Below are positions 29,287 to 40,088 of a stretch of DNA of 64,000 nt, piece after piece. Position 1 is the stretch's first letter. Each line of letters begins with the position of its first letter. A program made the position numbers and the translations under genes. The notes below the pieces were generated by a model. It was not told the origin of the DNA. It made no database searches and was given only the letters and a program-made list of their open reading frames with translations. The stretch is from Promethearchaeota archaeon (GTDB lineage: Archaea; Asgardarchaeota; Lokiarchaeia; Sigyniarchaeales; SOKP01): assembly GCA_019057795.1 (NCBI GenBank), contig JAHLWS010000062.1:1-64000 (forward strand). The letters run 5' to 3'.

Positions 29287-29892
29287 TCAGATCATTACAT
29301 TAAATTTTTTTAATTCTTTGCGTAAATCCGTATGAGGGCGGTTCCAAATTGTACTTATACCTAGCTTTTTTGCTGGCTTCAAAAAAAACAAGATATCGTC
29401 GATAAATAAACTTTCTTCTGGTTTTAATTGGTAGCGTCTAAGTAAAGATTCGTAAATCGCTTTCTCTGGTTTAATAACTTTTTCTTCTCCAGAAATGATT
29501 TGACCGTCGAATAACTTAAAAAAATCGAATTTATCTTTTACAAATTTAAACGCTTCCATAATGAAATTTGACAAAATATAGGTTTTATATCCTGACTCGC
29601 TTAAATCCAATAAAATATTAATATTCTCCTCAATTGGAGTAAGCATTTCCATCCAATGATTAAAAAATAGCGAAATAAGCTCTTTTTCTTCAGGATATTT
29701 AGATAGAAAAATAATTTCCGCGTTTTCTAACGATTCGTAACCCCTATCTAAATCTAACCACAATTTACTGCGGGTGATCTTTGGAACGAATTTTTTAATA
29801 TATTCTTTGTCGCTCGTAAACTGTAATAAGAATTGCTCGGGTTTGAATTTTAGTAGAACGTTTCCTAAATCGAAAATAATGTTCTTTATCAT
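29287..29892 (-). CDS. HAD-family phosphatase
   Basis: FDLGNV, LSN, KP, FIDD. Confidence 0.85.
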   Translation of the reverse strand: MIKNIIFDLGNVLLKFKPEQFLLQFTSDKEYIKKFVPKITRSKLWLDLDRGYESLENAEIIFLSKYPEEKELISLFFNHWMEMLTPIEENINILLDLSESGYKTYILSNFIMEAFKFVKDKFDFFKLFDGQIISGEEKVIKPEKAIYESLLRRYQLKPEESLFIDDILFFLKPAKKLGISTIWNRPHTDLRKELKKFNVMI

Positions 29893-29934
29893 GTCTCAAT
29901 ATAATAAAAGTAGAAAGAATAAAAAAATTTAGAA

Positions 29935-31953
29935 TTATTTTCCTCCATTTTCAACGGGAGGTTGTTTTACTGCAAAATTAATTATCGAATTGAGTTGAAT
30001 ATCAGTAAAATGATTTTGAACCATGGCTCCGGAAGGGCATGCGGACACGCAAGTTCCACATCCTTTACAAAGAGCTGAGTTCACAACGGCGATCTTTTTA
30101 AATTCATCAAAATCTATAGCGTTAAATGGGCATAGGGATTGACAAGTTCTACAGCCTGAACATAAGTGATCCAATACAACGGAATAATACGGTTCAATTT
30201 CGACTTCTCCTTGCGCCATTAACGCTGATGCGCTTGAAGCAGCTCCTTTTGCTTGAGCTACCGCGTCAGGGATATCTTTCGGTCCTTGAGCGACTCCTGC
30301 AATAAAAATACCATCGGTTAAAGTATCTACGGGTCTAAGTTTTGGATGAGCTTCCATAAAGAAGCCATCTTCGGATCGCTGAACGCTTAATAAAGAAGAG
30401 ATTTTGTCTGCGTCTGCCATAGCTTCTAACCCAATAGATAAAACAAACAAGTCGACTGTTAATTCGATTGGCGTTTGCATTAAAGTGTCTTCAGCTCTAA
30501 TTACAATATTATGATCTTTATCTTCCCAAACTTCAGCAATTCGTCCTCTAATATAATTTATTCCGTAGTTTTCTGCTGCAGATTCGTAAAACTCTTCGTA
30601 TCCCCTGCCAAACGCTCGTATATCCATGTAAAATATATAGACATCGCTTTCTGGATGTTTTTCTTTGTATTGTCTCGCTTGTTTTGTGGCATACATGCAA
30701 CAAACTCTAGAACAATATTTATTTCCACCTTCTCTAAAGTTTCTACTTCCAACACATTGGAGAAAGGCAATACTGTGCGGGGCTTTGAGATCTGAAGGTC
30801 TAACTGGCTTTCCTAATACAGGTCCGTATGAACTTAATAGCCGTTCCATCTGAAACGCTGTGATAACATTAGGATATCTTCCATATCCATATTGCTTGAG
30901 TGGAGTTGGGTCGTAAGGATCCCATCCTGTAGCAATAATTATAGTGCCTACTTTTACTTTGAGATACTCTGGTTTATCATCGTATCTAATTGCGTCTGGT
31001 TCACACACATCAGGACGTGCGCAAATCCCGCATTGAATACAACTCTCCATGTCAATAGTGTATTCTCCTGGTACTGCTTGTGGAAATGGAATATATATAG
31101 CTTTTCTTGGGGCTAATCCAAGTTCAAATTCATTACCAACTGATACTGGGCAAGGCTCAACGCAGGCACCGCACCCTGTACAAGCTTCTTGATCGACGTA
31201 ATGTGGTTTTTTCATTATGGTAACTTCAAAATTACCAACATAACCGGCGACATCTACAACCTCCGAATAAGTAAGAAGTTCGATATTTTTTTCTCGGGCA
31301 ACATCAACCATCCGTGGAGTGATGATACAAGCCGAACAGTCCATAGTTGGGAAGGTTTTATCAAGCTGGGCCATGTGACCCCCGATAGTCGGAGTTCTTT
31401 CGACAAGATAAACTTTATATCCTTCTTTGGCTAAGTCTATAGCAGAATTCATTCCAGCGATTCCCGCTCCAATAATTAAGCATGAAGGTTCTACACTTAC
31501 TTTTTGAACTTCTAAAGGTAATAACATCCTCGCTTTCGCAACTGCCATTCTGATATGGTCTTGAGCAATTCTATAGGCACCTTCAGAGTCATTCATGTTT
31601 ACCCAAGTAGCGTGTTCACGTATGTTTGCCATTTCAAATAAAAATTGATTCAACCCAGCTTCCTTACAGACCAACCTAAATGTTGGTTCGTGCATTCTAG
31701 GGGAACATGCAGCAACAATTACACGATTGATTAAACCTGCTTCAATATCCTCTTTAATAATATTTTGACCGTTATCTGAACACATAAATTTATATTCGCG
31801 TGCTAACACCACATCGGGAAGACTTAACGCGTAATCTTTAAGTGCGTATACATCAACTACGCCTGCAATATTAATACCGCAATGGCATACATAAACTCCA
31901 ATTTTAGGTCTCGTTTTTCTCGTAACTTTGATTTTCTTTTCACTTTCCGTCAT
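29935..31953 (-). CDS. hdrA: Heterodisulfide reductase subunit A
   Basis: CHCGINI, ACSPRMHE, NIRE, GAGIAG, KTFPTMDCSAC, QCVGSR, CSRVCC, EAHPKLRP, ferredoxin inserts. Confidence 0.95.
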   Translation of the reverse strand: MTESEKKIKVTRKTRPKIGVYVCHCGINIAGVVDVYALKDYALSLPDVVLAREYKFMCSDNGQNIIKEDIEAGLINRVIVAACSPRMHEPTFRLVCKEAGLNQFLFEMANIREHATWVNMNDSEGAYRIAQDHIRMAVAKARMLLPLEVQKVSVEPSCLIIGAGIAGMNSAIDLAKEGYKVYLVERTPTIGGHMAQLDKTFPTMDCSACIITPRMVDVAREKNIELLTYSEVVDVAGYVGNFEVTIMKKPHYVDQEACTGCGACVEPCPVSVGNEFELGLAPRKAIYIPFPQAVPGEYTIDMESCIQCGICARPDVCEPDAIRYDDKPEYLKVKVGTIIIATGWDPYDPTPLKQYGYGRYPNVITAFQMERLLSSYGPVLGKPVRPSDLKAPHSIAFLQCVGSRNFREGGNKYCSRVCCMYATKQARQYKEKHPESDVYIFYMDIRAFGRGYEEFYESAAENYGINYIRGRIAEVWEDKDHNIVIRAEDTLMQTPIELTVDLFVLSIGLEAMADADKISSLLSVQRSEDGFFMEAHPKLRPVDTLTDGIFIAGVAQGPKDIPDAVAQAKGAASSASALMAQGEVEIEPYYSVVLDHLCSGCRTCQSLCPFNAIDFDEFKKIAVVNSALCKGCGTCVSACPSGAMVQNHFTDIQLNSIINFAVKQPPVENGGK

Positions 31954-31965
31954 TTTTCATTCCTC

Positions 31966-32916
31966 CTAAATTAATTGCTCCTTTACCATATCTAAAAAGG
32001 GTTGTATGGAAATAAATGGGCTCACGCCTTTTAAATCGTGGTTCTTTATGAGTCCAAGTCTACTAGGATCCATTCCCATGGCGACGCCTAGCAACTGCGT
32101 AATATAAATTACAGGAATATGGAACTGTTCTCCAATTACATCTTTATAAAAGTCATTGACTTCGAGCTGTCCGAGGTCCAATTGAAGGTGACAGAAGGGA
32201 CAGCAGTTTATTATGATATCTGCGCCAGCTTCCCTCATATTAACCAGTTTTTCGCGCGTAAAATCAGCTGCGACTTCTTTTACGGCTGTTCTGACGGCAC
32301 CACCAGCACCACAGCACATGAACTTTTCCTTATATTCAATACTAGTTGCCCCAGTGAGCTCAACTATCTCGTCAAGGAAGGTGGGATTCTCGTATTCTCC
32401 ATCCCATGGACGCTTATCGCTAGGTTTAACGATGTGGCATCCATAATGCACTGCAACTTTTAAATCCTTAAATTTGTGCTTAATAAAGCCTCTGATGTAT
32501 TCTTTTCCCATATCTAAGTATAAAGCTTGAATGACGTGTTTAGGCTCAAAATTACCTTTATATTCTTTCCCTATTTTAGCAAGGAGTTTGTTTACGTGTT
32601 TTTTTTCTTCCTTGTCATGTTCTAAGTCCCACCAAGCGTCGCGTAGCGTACCGTAACATCCATTACACCCGGTCATGGTACTAACACCCAACTCTTCTGC
32701 TATTGCTATATTACGAGCAGCAATAACGAGCCAAGTAGGAATATGAAAACTCCTAAATACACCCGGGGCGGGACAACACGATGCTCCAGGCATGTCCAAT
32801 AGTTCTGCGCCTAGTTCTTCGAAAACATCGCGTATGCTACGTTCTATCATTGGATATCTATTTGGAATAACGCATCCTAAAAAAAAAGCGTATCTCCACT
32901 TTTTTTGTTCGCTCAC
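31966..32916 (-). CDS. hdrB: Heterodisulfide reductase subunit B
   Basis: Two CCG domains: GC..SCCPAPG..CNGC; HYGCH..CCGAGG..CPFCHLQ. Confidence 0.93.
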   Translation of the reverse strand: MSEQKKWRYAFFLGCVIPNRYPMIERSIRDVFEELGAELLDMPGASCCPAPGVFRSFHIPTWLVIAARNIAIAEELGVSTMTGCNGCYGTLRDAWWDLEHDKEEKKHVNKLLAKIGKEYKGNFEPKHVIQALYLDMGKEYIRGFIKHKFKDLKVAVHYGCHIVKPSDKRPWDGEYENPTFLDEIVELTGATSIEYKEKFMCCGAGGAVRTAVKEVAADFTREKLVNMREAGADIIINCCPFCHLQLDLGQLEVNDFYKDVIGEQFHIPVIYITQLLGVAMGMDPSRLGLIKNHDLKGVSPFISIQPFLDMVKEQLI

Positions 32917-32917
32917 T

Positions 32918-33532
32918 TTATTTACCCTCCTTTTCGTTTTCTTCTTTTTCTTCTTCTAGCTTTCTTTTATCCTTTAATTTTTTTGCGTTATCCAGTAAAG
33001 CTCTGAAACCAACTTCTTTCATTAAAGTTTGACATTCTTTCACGGCTTCTGGATAGGAATGAACTGTGGGAGGTAGTGGTGGTAATCCATAAGATTCACG
33101 TAAGTCTCTCCACTTTTTGTTATTTTCACCATTAGCCGGTACACCATGACCTGTTTCATAGAAAATAGTACTAGCTAAACCAAAGTGAGAATCTAAAATA
33201 TAGCCTTCTTCGACAGCAATGTTTCTAAGTTTTATAATCATATCGGTTACAGGTATGTCTCGTGGGCATCGCTCATAGCAGTAATAACAAGTACTACAAA
33301 GCCAGATGTCAATATCACTTAATATCGACTCATCTCCTGTTAACGCGCGCCTGAGAGCAGAACGCGTTCGATATGCTGTGCGCCGCCCAGATGGGCACGA
33401 GCCTGTGCACGTTCCACAATTAATACACGCTCTAAGCTTCTCTAAACCGGCTTCAACAAACTTTTGAGAAATCTTAGAGCTCGTGCCTTTATAAACCTTG
33501 CGCTTGATATATTTTTCTATATTATCGCTCAT
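32918..33532 (-). CDS. hdrC: Heterodisulfide reductase subunit C
   Basis: CINCGTCTGSCPSG, WLCSTCYYCYERCPR. Confidence 0.93.
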   Translation of the reverse strand: MSDNIEKYIKRKVYKGTSSKISQKFVEAGLEKLRACINCGTCTGSCPSGRRTAYRTRSALRRALTGDESILSDIDIWLCSTCYYCYERCPRDIPVTDMIIKLRNIAVEEGYILDSHFGLASTIFYETGHGVPANGENNKKWRDLRESYGLPPLPPTVHSYPEAVKECQTLMKEVGFRALLDNAKKLKDKRKLEEEKEENEKEGK

Positions 33533-33932
33533 TATAAATACAAGTCTCTTTTATTGTTTTTAAATTGATTAGTAATTGAGTAAAAAAGTACAGATTTTAC
33601 TTTTTTAATTGTTTGATCAAACAATTTTAATTTATAATATTAAGAAATGAAAAGAACTTTTTAATAAAAAATTTGTTATTGAATTTGGTAATTTAAATGA
33701 GAGTATTAATTATCTGCAATATCTAAATGTTTTTTAAGTGGAATAATTCGCAAGAAAATTATGTTAATTCGAAAAAATTTGCCTTTTTTTGTTTAACTTA
33801 AAAAAAAAACATAGAATTTCTACAGTGAAAACCTACTAAACCCTTTCGACAAAATTGTAAAAATATTTAAAAATAAAACTTGTTATATTAAATTTAGAGC
33901 GATTAAATTACTTTTTAGAAAGAGGTCGAATT

Positions 33933-34211
33933 TTGAAAGAAAAACTAATTGTAGGTAATAACGATCTAAAGCAACCAACCGCGAATGGAATAAGTGATGG
34001 TTCTAAAAAGATTAATAAAATTATTGAAGTAAGTAAAATCATGAATGACATGGAAAAGTCCGGAGAGGACAAAGAAAAACTCATTAAAATTCTTAGAGAA
34101 GAGATAAATTTAATAAAACAACTAAATCAAAAAATTATCGAAGAAAAAGATAAAACGATAGAACAACTTAAAAGAAGACTAAAAAAGGAAACGAACTTCT
34201 CGTTCTTATGA
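33933..34211 (+). CDS. Small coiled-coil hypothetical protein
   Basis: ORF preceded by GAGG; EEKDKTIEQLK coil. Confidence 0.5.
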   Translation: MKEKLIVGNNDLKQPTANGISDGSKKINKIIEVSKIMNDMEKSGEDKEKLIKILREEINLIKQLNQKIIEEKDKTIEQLKRRLKKETNFSFL

Positions 34212-34214
34212 TTT

Positions 34215-34694
34215 TTACTGAATTCTATCTTCTTTTAAACCACTTAAGAGTTTTTTAGCTTCAATATTTGCTGGGTTAATTTTAAGGACTTCAGCAAAAC
34301 ATAGCATTGCTTTCTTAAGATCACCTAACGACTTGAATAATCGCCCTAAATTAAACCAAGTAGCACTATCCTGTGGGTCTATTTTAATGGCTTCTTCATA
34401 GCTCAAAATCGAATCTTGAGATTTACCTAATTTTTCATACGCTACTCCTAAATTATACCAAGCCCAATTATCCAAAGGATCGATACTCACTGCTTTTTTG
34501 CAGCATTCTTGTTCTTTATCGAAATTCTCTAATTTTTCATAAGCAACTCCCATGTTACTCCAGGAAACGCTACTTAACGGGTTAATCTTGACTGCTCTTT
34601 CAAAGTTCTCTATTGCCTTTAGGTAATCTCTTGCTTTAAAATATTTCATTCCTAATTTGGACCAATACAAGGCATTTCTTTTGTCTTTTGTCAA
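34215..34694 (-). CDS. TPR repeat protein
   Basis: Four 34-aa W..LG..Y...A....P repeats. Confidence 0.85.
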   Translation of the reverse strand: MTKDKRNALYWSKLGMKYFKARDYLKAIENFERAVKINPLSSVSWSNMGVAYEKLENFDKEQECCKKAVSIDPLDNWAWYNLGVAYEKLGKSQDSILSYEEAIKIDPQDSATWFNLGRLFKSLGDLKKAMLCFAEVLKINPANIEAKKLLSGLKEDRIQ

Positions 34695-34706
34695 TTTATT
34701 TCAACT

Positions 34707-34931
34707 TTATTTTTTCATAGATAATTCGTTCAAGTATTCTTTCTGTTTTTCATCAGATAAGAAAACCAATTCTTTTTTTACTTCTTTTAATTCTCCTTTT
34801 GATAGGTTTAAATCCATCAGTTGTTCTCTAACATCTTTGGACATTACAGTGAATATTTTTTGGAAATATTTTTTTACTACATCTAATTTTTCAAATCCCC
34901 TTTCTTTACCATTGTTACTTATGAGTACCAC
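34707..34931 (-). CDS. Hypothetical small protein
   Basis: ORF with protein-like composition, co-oriented with neighbours. Confidence 0.5.
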   Translation of the reverse strand: MVLISNNGKERGFEKLDVVKKYFQKIFTVMSKDVREQLMDLNLSKGELKEVKKELVFLSDEKQKEYLNELSMKK

Positions 34932-35036
34932 CTAAAGTTTTTTGATAAAAACAATATTATGTTTTTCTCAATTCTATTTAATAAAGTAAGAAAGGGACTG
35001 TTAATAAAAAATATGGAGTCCAATAGTTTAATTTTT

Positions 35037-37892
35037 TTATATCGGCAAAGAAAAAAAGAATGTGCTACCTCTGTTCCGGCCTTCTGATTCGACCCATATT
35101 TTCCCGTCGTGAAGGTCAATTAATTCTTTCGAAATATATAGTCCTAATCCTGTCCCTTCGATGTTTACGTCCCATCCCTGGCCGTATCTTTCAATTTTAC
35201 CAAACTGGGTAAAAAGTTGCGCTATTTCTTCTTTAGTTAATCCAATGCCGGTGTCTTTTATCGAAATTATATAATGATTGTTTTTTTGTTGAGAATCAAT
35301 AAAAATTGTACCACCAATAGGAGTATACTTTATTGCATTTATCAATAAATTGTTGATAACTTCGAATATTTTCTCTTTATCAAAATGTGCATATAAATTA
35401 TTCTTTATGTTTAGTTTAACCTTCTGTTCTCTTAATTTGGCCATACCTTGTAATTGCTTAACGCAATATTTGATTAAAAATGTAAGATTCTCTCTTTTTT
35501 TTTTTAATTTCAACAACCCTTGATCTAATTGGGAACTTTCGACAAGTGTGTTAATGTAATCCTCAAGACGCTTACTCCCGCTCTTGATTTCTTCTAAAAT
35601 CGAAATAACCTCGCTGTCCAACTTATCTGAGTGTAGTTTTAACAATAATTCGGTGAATCCTTTTATAGAAATTAAAGGCGTTTTTAATTCGTGCGAAGTT
35701 CTTGAAAACAAATCACTTTTTAATTTATTTATTTCGCTTAACATTCGGTTTTGTTCTTCTAAATGTTGTTGAGATTCCCACCTTCTTTGCTCTATCTCGA
35801 GAGCATCGCATATTAAAAATAACACTAACTTATTTTGGTTAGTAATAATTGGATTTTGTTTAAACAAAACGCAGAGTAAACTATTTAAGTCGTTTCCAGA
35901 TAGGATTAATTTACCATAACAAGCTTCAATGCTGTTTTCAATTATATAAGGATCAGATTTGGCATGCTTCGTTTTATGGATGTCAAAGAATTCCTGAGTA
36001 AAGTCGTGATTTTCTTTAAATAATTCGCTTACAAACATATCTCTCGAAAATTCTTCCGAAGTATATAATGTGATGTCCCCTTTACTACTCATTACTCTAT
36101 ATTGCTCTTTTTCTTCATGATCGCTTTTAGTGATGTATAATACAACGTCACCATTAAGTAATTTTAAGCAAGTTTTTAGCAATAATTCAATATTTTGTTG
36201 AATGTCCGGTGTGTAGTTTAAAAAATTAATATTTAACTCATAAATCAATTCTTCGTATATTTTTTTTTCAGTGACGTCTTCTAACCATAATCTAAAGCTA
36301 ATTAGATTGTCTTTATCGTCGTATTGATTTAATCTTTTTCCTTGTAACCATTTTATTTTTCCTTTATTAGTCACAATTCTAAATTCGATATCCTTTCCTT
36401 CTTCTGAATTTAACAATTTTAGCAGATCGTCTGGATGAATTATTTCATCCATCAATTTTTTGTTGACATAGTAAACATCTTGATACCCAATAAATTCTAA
36501 TAATTTTGGATTAATGTAAGAAACGCTATTGTTTTCCAGTTCTATTTCTAAAATACCAATTGTTGATGTCTCTAATAAGTCCTTATATTTTTCTTCTGAT
36601 TCTTTAATCTTTTTTTCAGCTAATTCTTTTTCAGTAATATCCTCTACTGTAAAAATTATATTCTCGATTTCTCCGTTATTCTTTAATAAAGGTGTACCAT
36701 TGATAGAAAGTAGAATATTTTCATTCGTAAATGATTTAAAAGTTACATGATAATCAAATATTGGTTTTTTCGTATTCGTAATAATTTGAAACGGTAGCTT
36801 ATTTTTAGGAATAAGCTTGCCTTCTGAGTCTAAAAATTTAAATTTAGTTTTTATAAATGATTTTTTTAATAATTCTTCTTTAGGATAATGTAACACTTTT
36901 TCGGCTTGAGAATTAACGTATATAATATGACCGTTTTTATCAACAGATAAGATCCCCGCGGGATTAGTTTCCATAATTCGTTCTAATCTATCATGTTGTT
37001 TACGCAAATTCTCTTCAGCGTTCTTCCGTTCGGTAATATCTTCAAATGTAATTAAAAGTCCTGCAACATTTCCATCAGAGTTTAACAAAGGAATTCTATT
37101 TATGTCTATCCAAATATTTTCTCCGTTTCTGAGGGTCCAAGATTCATTAGTATGAAAAACAACTTTATTAGATTCGATAACTTTCCTTTCTTGTTCTTTG
37201 TTAAATTGTATTTGATTCTTATCTAAAAGCAATTCTTCATCAGTTTTACCTATAATATTTTCAGGGTGTTCAATCTCAATTAATTTTGCGTAATTATCGT
37301 TACATCCGAGATAACTCAGATCAATATCCTTCCATATAATATATTGTGGGATATTTTCTATTACCATCTGTAGCATTTCATAGCTGCTCTGCAAAGCTTC
37401 CTCATATTTTTTAGGATTAAATAATTTCCAAAAGCGTATTTCTGGGATCGTTTCTGTTATTTTTTTAAATCTATCTTCAGTTTCTCTTAAATTTACTTCG
37501 ATTTTTTTTTGTTTTGTAATATCTTTCAAAATAATTAAGATTTTCTCGTTTTTATCATCGTCTGTAAATTTTCTTGCTTTTATTTCCGCCCAAATTATTT
37601 CATCCTTCGTTGAAAATAGCTTTATTTCTTGAAAATTACCAAAAGTGTCGATCCCCTTTTTTAAAAATTTTACTACTTTTTTTATATCTTCCGAAAATAG
37701 TAATTTTAGTAATGTATTTCCGACTAAATCAACTTTAGCGTACCCTAATTTTTCCAATAAGGGGCAATTGTTAATTAGCTCAATTCTGAAATCTTCTGTT
37801 TGATCAATAATCATCACCAAATCGTTAACAATTTCCATAAATATTTGAAATTGGATCTTAAAATTTTCGCTCTTGTTATCGTCGGCAATCAT
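35037..37892 (-). CDS. Multi-PAS sensor histidine kinase
   Basis: Repeated DITE/DVTE PAS ends; SHELKTPL, NAIKYT, DTGIG, GTGLGL. Confidence 0.9.
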   Translation of the reverse strand: MIADDNKSENFKIQFQIFMEIVNDLVMIIDQTEDFRIELINNCPLLEKLGYAKVDLVGNTLLKLLFSEDIKKVVKFLKKGIDTFGNFQEIKLFSTKDEIIWAEIKARKFTDDDKNEKILIILKDITKQKKIEVNLRETEDRFKKITETIPEIRFWKLFNPKKYEEALQSSYEMLQMVIENIPQYIIWKDIDLSYLGCNDNYAKLIEIEHPENIIGKTDEELLLDKNQIQFNKEQERKVIESNKVVFHTNESWTLRNGENIWIDINRIPLLNSDGNVAGLLITFEDITERKNAEENLRKQHDRLERIMETNPAGILSVDKNGHIIYVNSQAEKVLHYPKEELLKKSFIKTKFKFLDSEGKLIPKNKLPFQIITNTKKPIFDYHVTFKSFTNENILLSINGTPLLKNNGEIENIIFTVEDITEKELAEKKIKESEEKYKDLLETSTIGILEIELENNSVSYINPKLLEFIGYQDVYYVNKKLMDEIIHPDDLLKLLNSEEGKDIEFRIVTNKGKIKWLQGKRLNQYDDKDNLISFRLWLEDVTEKKIYEELIYELNINFLNYTPDIQQNIELLLKTCLKLLNGDVVLYITKSDHEEKEQYRVMSSKGDITLYTSEEFSRDMFVSELFKENHDFTQEFFDIHKTKHAKSDPYIIENSIEACYGKLILSGNDLNSLLCVLFKQNPIITNQNKLVLFLICDALEIEQRRWESQQHLEEQNRMLSEINKLKSDLFSRTSHELKTPLISIKGFTELLLKLHSDKLDSEVISILEEIKSGSKRLEDYINTLVESSQLDQGLLKLKKKRENLTFLIKYCVKQLQGMAKLREQKVKLNIKNNLYAHFDKEKIFEVINNLLINAIKYTPIGGTIFIDSQQKNNHYIISIKDTGIGLTKEEIAQLFTQFGKIERYGQGWDVNIEGTGLGLYISKELIDLHDGKIWVESEGRNRGSTFFFSLPI

Positions 37893-38089
37893 TCGTATTC
37901 CTTCACCTATAAGAACAAATTTTTTTATAATCTCTAAATTTGGTGATTACTCTTCAAATACTGAAATGAAGATTCTTTTATTTATATATTAGTATAATAT
38001 CAGGTTTTTTTCGTAATACTTATATGTACAATTAAGATAAATTTCATTTTTAAAATTAGAGAGTAGAAAAGATTATGAGTTTTGATGAT

Positions 38090-39952
38090 TCAATAACTTT
38101 TGGTCCAACTAATATCGAGTTCATCCAATTTTATTTTTGAAGGAACACCATTTTTGTCCCAGCCCATCATTTCGTAGTAGATCTTTTTGGCTTCACTAAA
38201 ATTCTCTAAATCGATAGCTGTTTCAGCTAGAGCTCCTGAAGTGTGAGGTTGGAAAAATCTATCCGGTAAACAATCGTCATCACTCGTAAAACCTTCTCTT
38301 AAGTTAAATATTCGGGTCATATTCATTATGCGCTCGCCTACTTTCATCAATTCGAAAGTTGAGGTATTCCAACCAGTAACCGCTCTAACTACTTCTGTTA
38401 GCTCAAATGGATTCCACGGCACAAAATAACACATTACGAGAGCATTACCTAAAGCACACCAATTCATTTGATATATTAAGGCTCGAACCTTTTTTGCGCT
38501 TAAATCATCAAGTCGGAGTGGTGTTAAAATTCCAAATGTATTAAAATTAGCAATCGAGCCTTCATTTGCAATAACTGTATCGTGGAGATTATGCATATGT
38601 TCTGCTCCTGTTGGTGAAATCGTGTATCCCAGTCCCAATCCTTGCTTTAAGCGTGGTTCGTGCATCGGAAGTTCTTGACCCTTCACATGGATGGCGAATT
38701 CTTGCGCTCCGTTTTGAATATGTTCAGCGGCTCTTTTTACGCCTTCAGCCAAAATATTTCCTAAACCTTCTCGCTTAGCAATTTTTTCAATCATTTGAAT
38801 CATGGCTTTGGAATTACCAAACTTTAAAATTATCCCTCCAGTATCGGACTCATTTAATATATTATTTTCAAAGCACTCCATGGCAAAACTAATGCTCATA
38901 CCAGTAGAGATCGTATCAATTGAGTACTTATTACAAAGTTCATTAGCCTTACACACTGCTTTAAGGTCGTAAATTCCACAATTAGAGCCGAAAGCAGCAA
39001 GTGTCTCGTATTCTGGACCACCATATTTTGGATCTACGACCCACGGTTCTTTAATTTGTACGACCTTTTTGCATTTAATTGGACACGCAAAACAAGTTTC
39101 CATTTTTAGATCAATTTCTTCTTTGTTAATTTGTGGGTCTAGAGTCTTAGCACTACCTATTCCTCCTGCTTTAAAATTGCGAGTCGGAAGGTTCCCCATA
39201 GAGGCAAACATTTCCATTATACCTCCACCAGTTCCATGTGAGAAATATTCTTTATAATATTTCAAGTAGTTATTACTAAAAGAATTCCTTAATTCTCTTA
39301 ATTTTTCCTTGTTAGCCACTTTAAGTTTCTTATTACCTCTTACAACTACGGCTTTAAGGTTTTTAGAACCCAGGACGGCTCCCATACCCGTTCGACCCGC
39401 AGCGCTACGAAGATCATTTATCACACAAGCATACCGCACCAAATTCTCGCCTCCTGAGCCAATTTGACTTATATGCACAAGCTTATCGTCTAATTCTATT
39501 TTTATTATTTTTTGAGCTTCACCGGTTGTTTTTCCCCAAATATGGCTAGCGTCTCTTATTTCTACGTTTCCATTTTTTATCCAAATAAAAATTGGGCTTT
39601 TTGCTTTTCCCTCAATGATAATTGCATCGAAACCAGCTTTTTTCAACTCTGGCCCCCAATATCCCCCCACTTCTGCTTCACCAAATCCATTTGTTAAGGG
39701 TGATTTTGCACCAACGCTATTTCTCCCCGCTCCTGCAATAGATACTCCCGTTATAGGACCTGTAGCAAATATTAACTTGTTTTCTGGACCAAGAGGATCT
39801 ATGTTAGGTTTTAATTCTTTTAGAAGGTAATACGCAACAAAACCCTCTCCACCAATATATTTCCTATAGAATATTTCTTCGGGATGTTCAAATTTAATCT
39901 TATCATTTGATAAATTAACTCTTAATATTTTGCCACTATAGCCAAATTCCAT
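38090..39952 (-). CDS. aor: Tungsten-containing aldehyde:ferredoxin oxidoreductase family
   Basis: KSPLT, AGRTGMGAVLGSKNLKA, CFACPIKC, PEYET, DTISTG. Confidence 0.9.
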   Translation of the reverse strand: MEFGYSGKILRVNLSNDKIKFEHPEEIFYRKYIGGEGFVAYYLLKELKPNIDPLGPENKLIFATGPITGVSIAGAGRNSVGAKSPLTNGFGEAEVGGYWGPELKKAGFDAIIIEGKAKSPIFIWIKNGNVEIRDASHIWGKTTGEAQKIIKIELDDKLVHISQIGSGGENLVRYACVINDLRSAAGRTGMGAVLGSKNLKAVVVRGNKKLKVANKEKLRELRNSFSNNYLKYYKEYFSHGTGGGIMEMFASMGNLPTRNFKAGGIGSAKTLDPQINKEEIDLKMETCFACPIKCKKVVQIKEPWVVDPKYGGPEYETLAAFGSNCGIYDLKAVCKANELCNKYSIDTISTGMSISFAMECFENNILNESDTGGIILKFGNSKAMIQMIEKIAKREGLGNILAEGVKRAAEHIQNGAQEFAIHVKGQELPMHEPRLKQGLGLGYTISPTGAEHMHNLHDTVIANEGSIANFNTFGILTPLRLDDLSAKKVRALIYQMNWCALGNALVMCYFVPWNPFELTEVVRAVTGWNTSTFELMKVGERIMNMTRIFNLREGFTSDDDCLPDRFFQPHTSGALAETAIDLENFSEAKKIYYEMMGWDKNGVPSKIKLDELDISWTKSY

Positions 39953-40088
39953 CTTTAAACCTCTATTTAATAAAATTTTGATTATTCTAAAAATTTATTA
40001 TTCATAAACATAAATTATTTGATAAAACAGATTTTTTAGTTAAGTATGAATATTTAAATTTCCAAAAAAAAATGGGAGGGATAACTTA

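Noticed and set aside
5875-31953. Selenocysteine recoding in fwdB, mvhD or hdrA
   Set aside because: The positions that can be Sec in homologs are Cys here (ASVCHGP, CNWC, MDCSAC). There is no in-frame TGA, and the fwdB break is a 29-nt insertion, not a stop codon.
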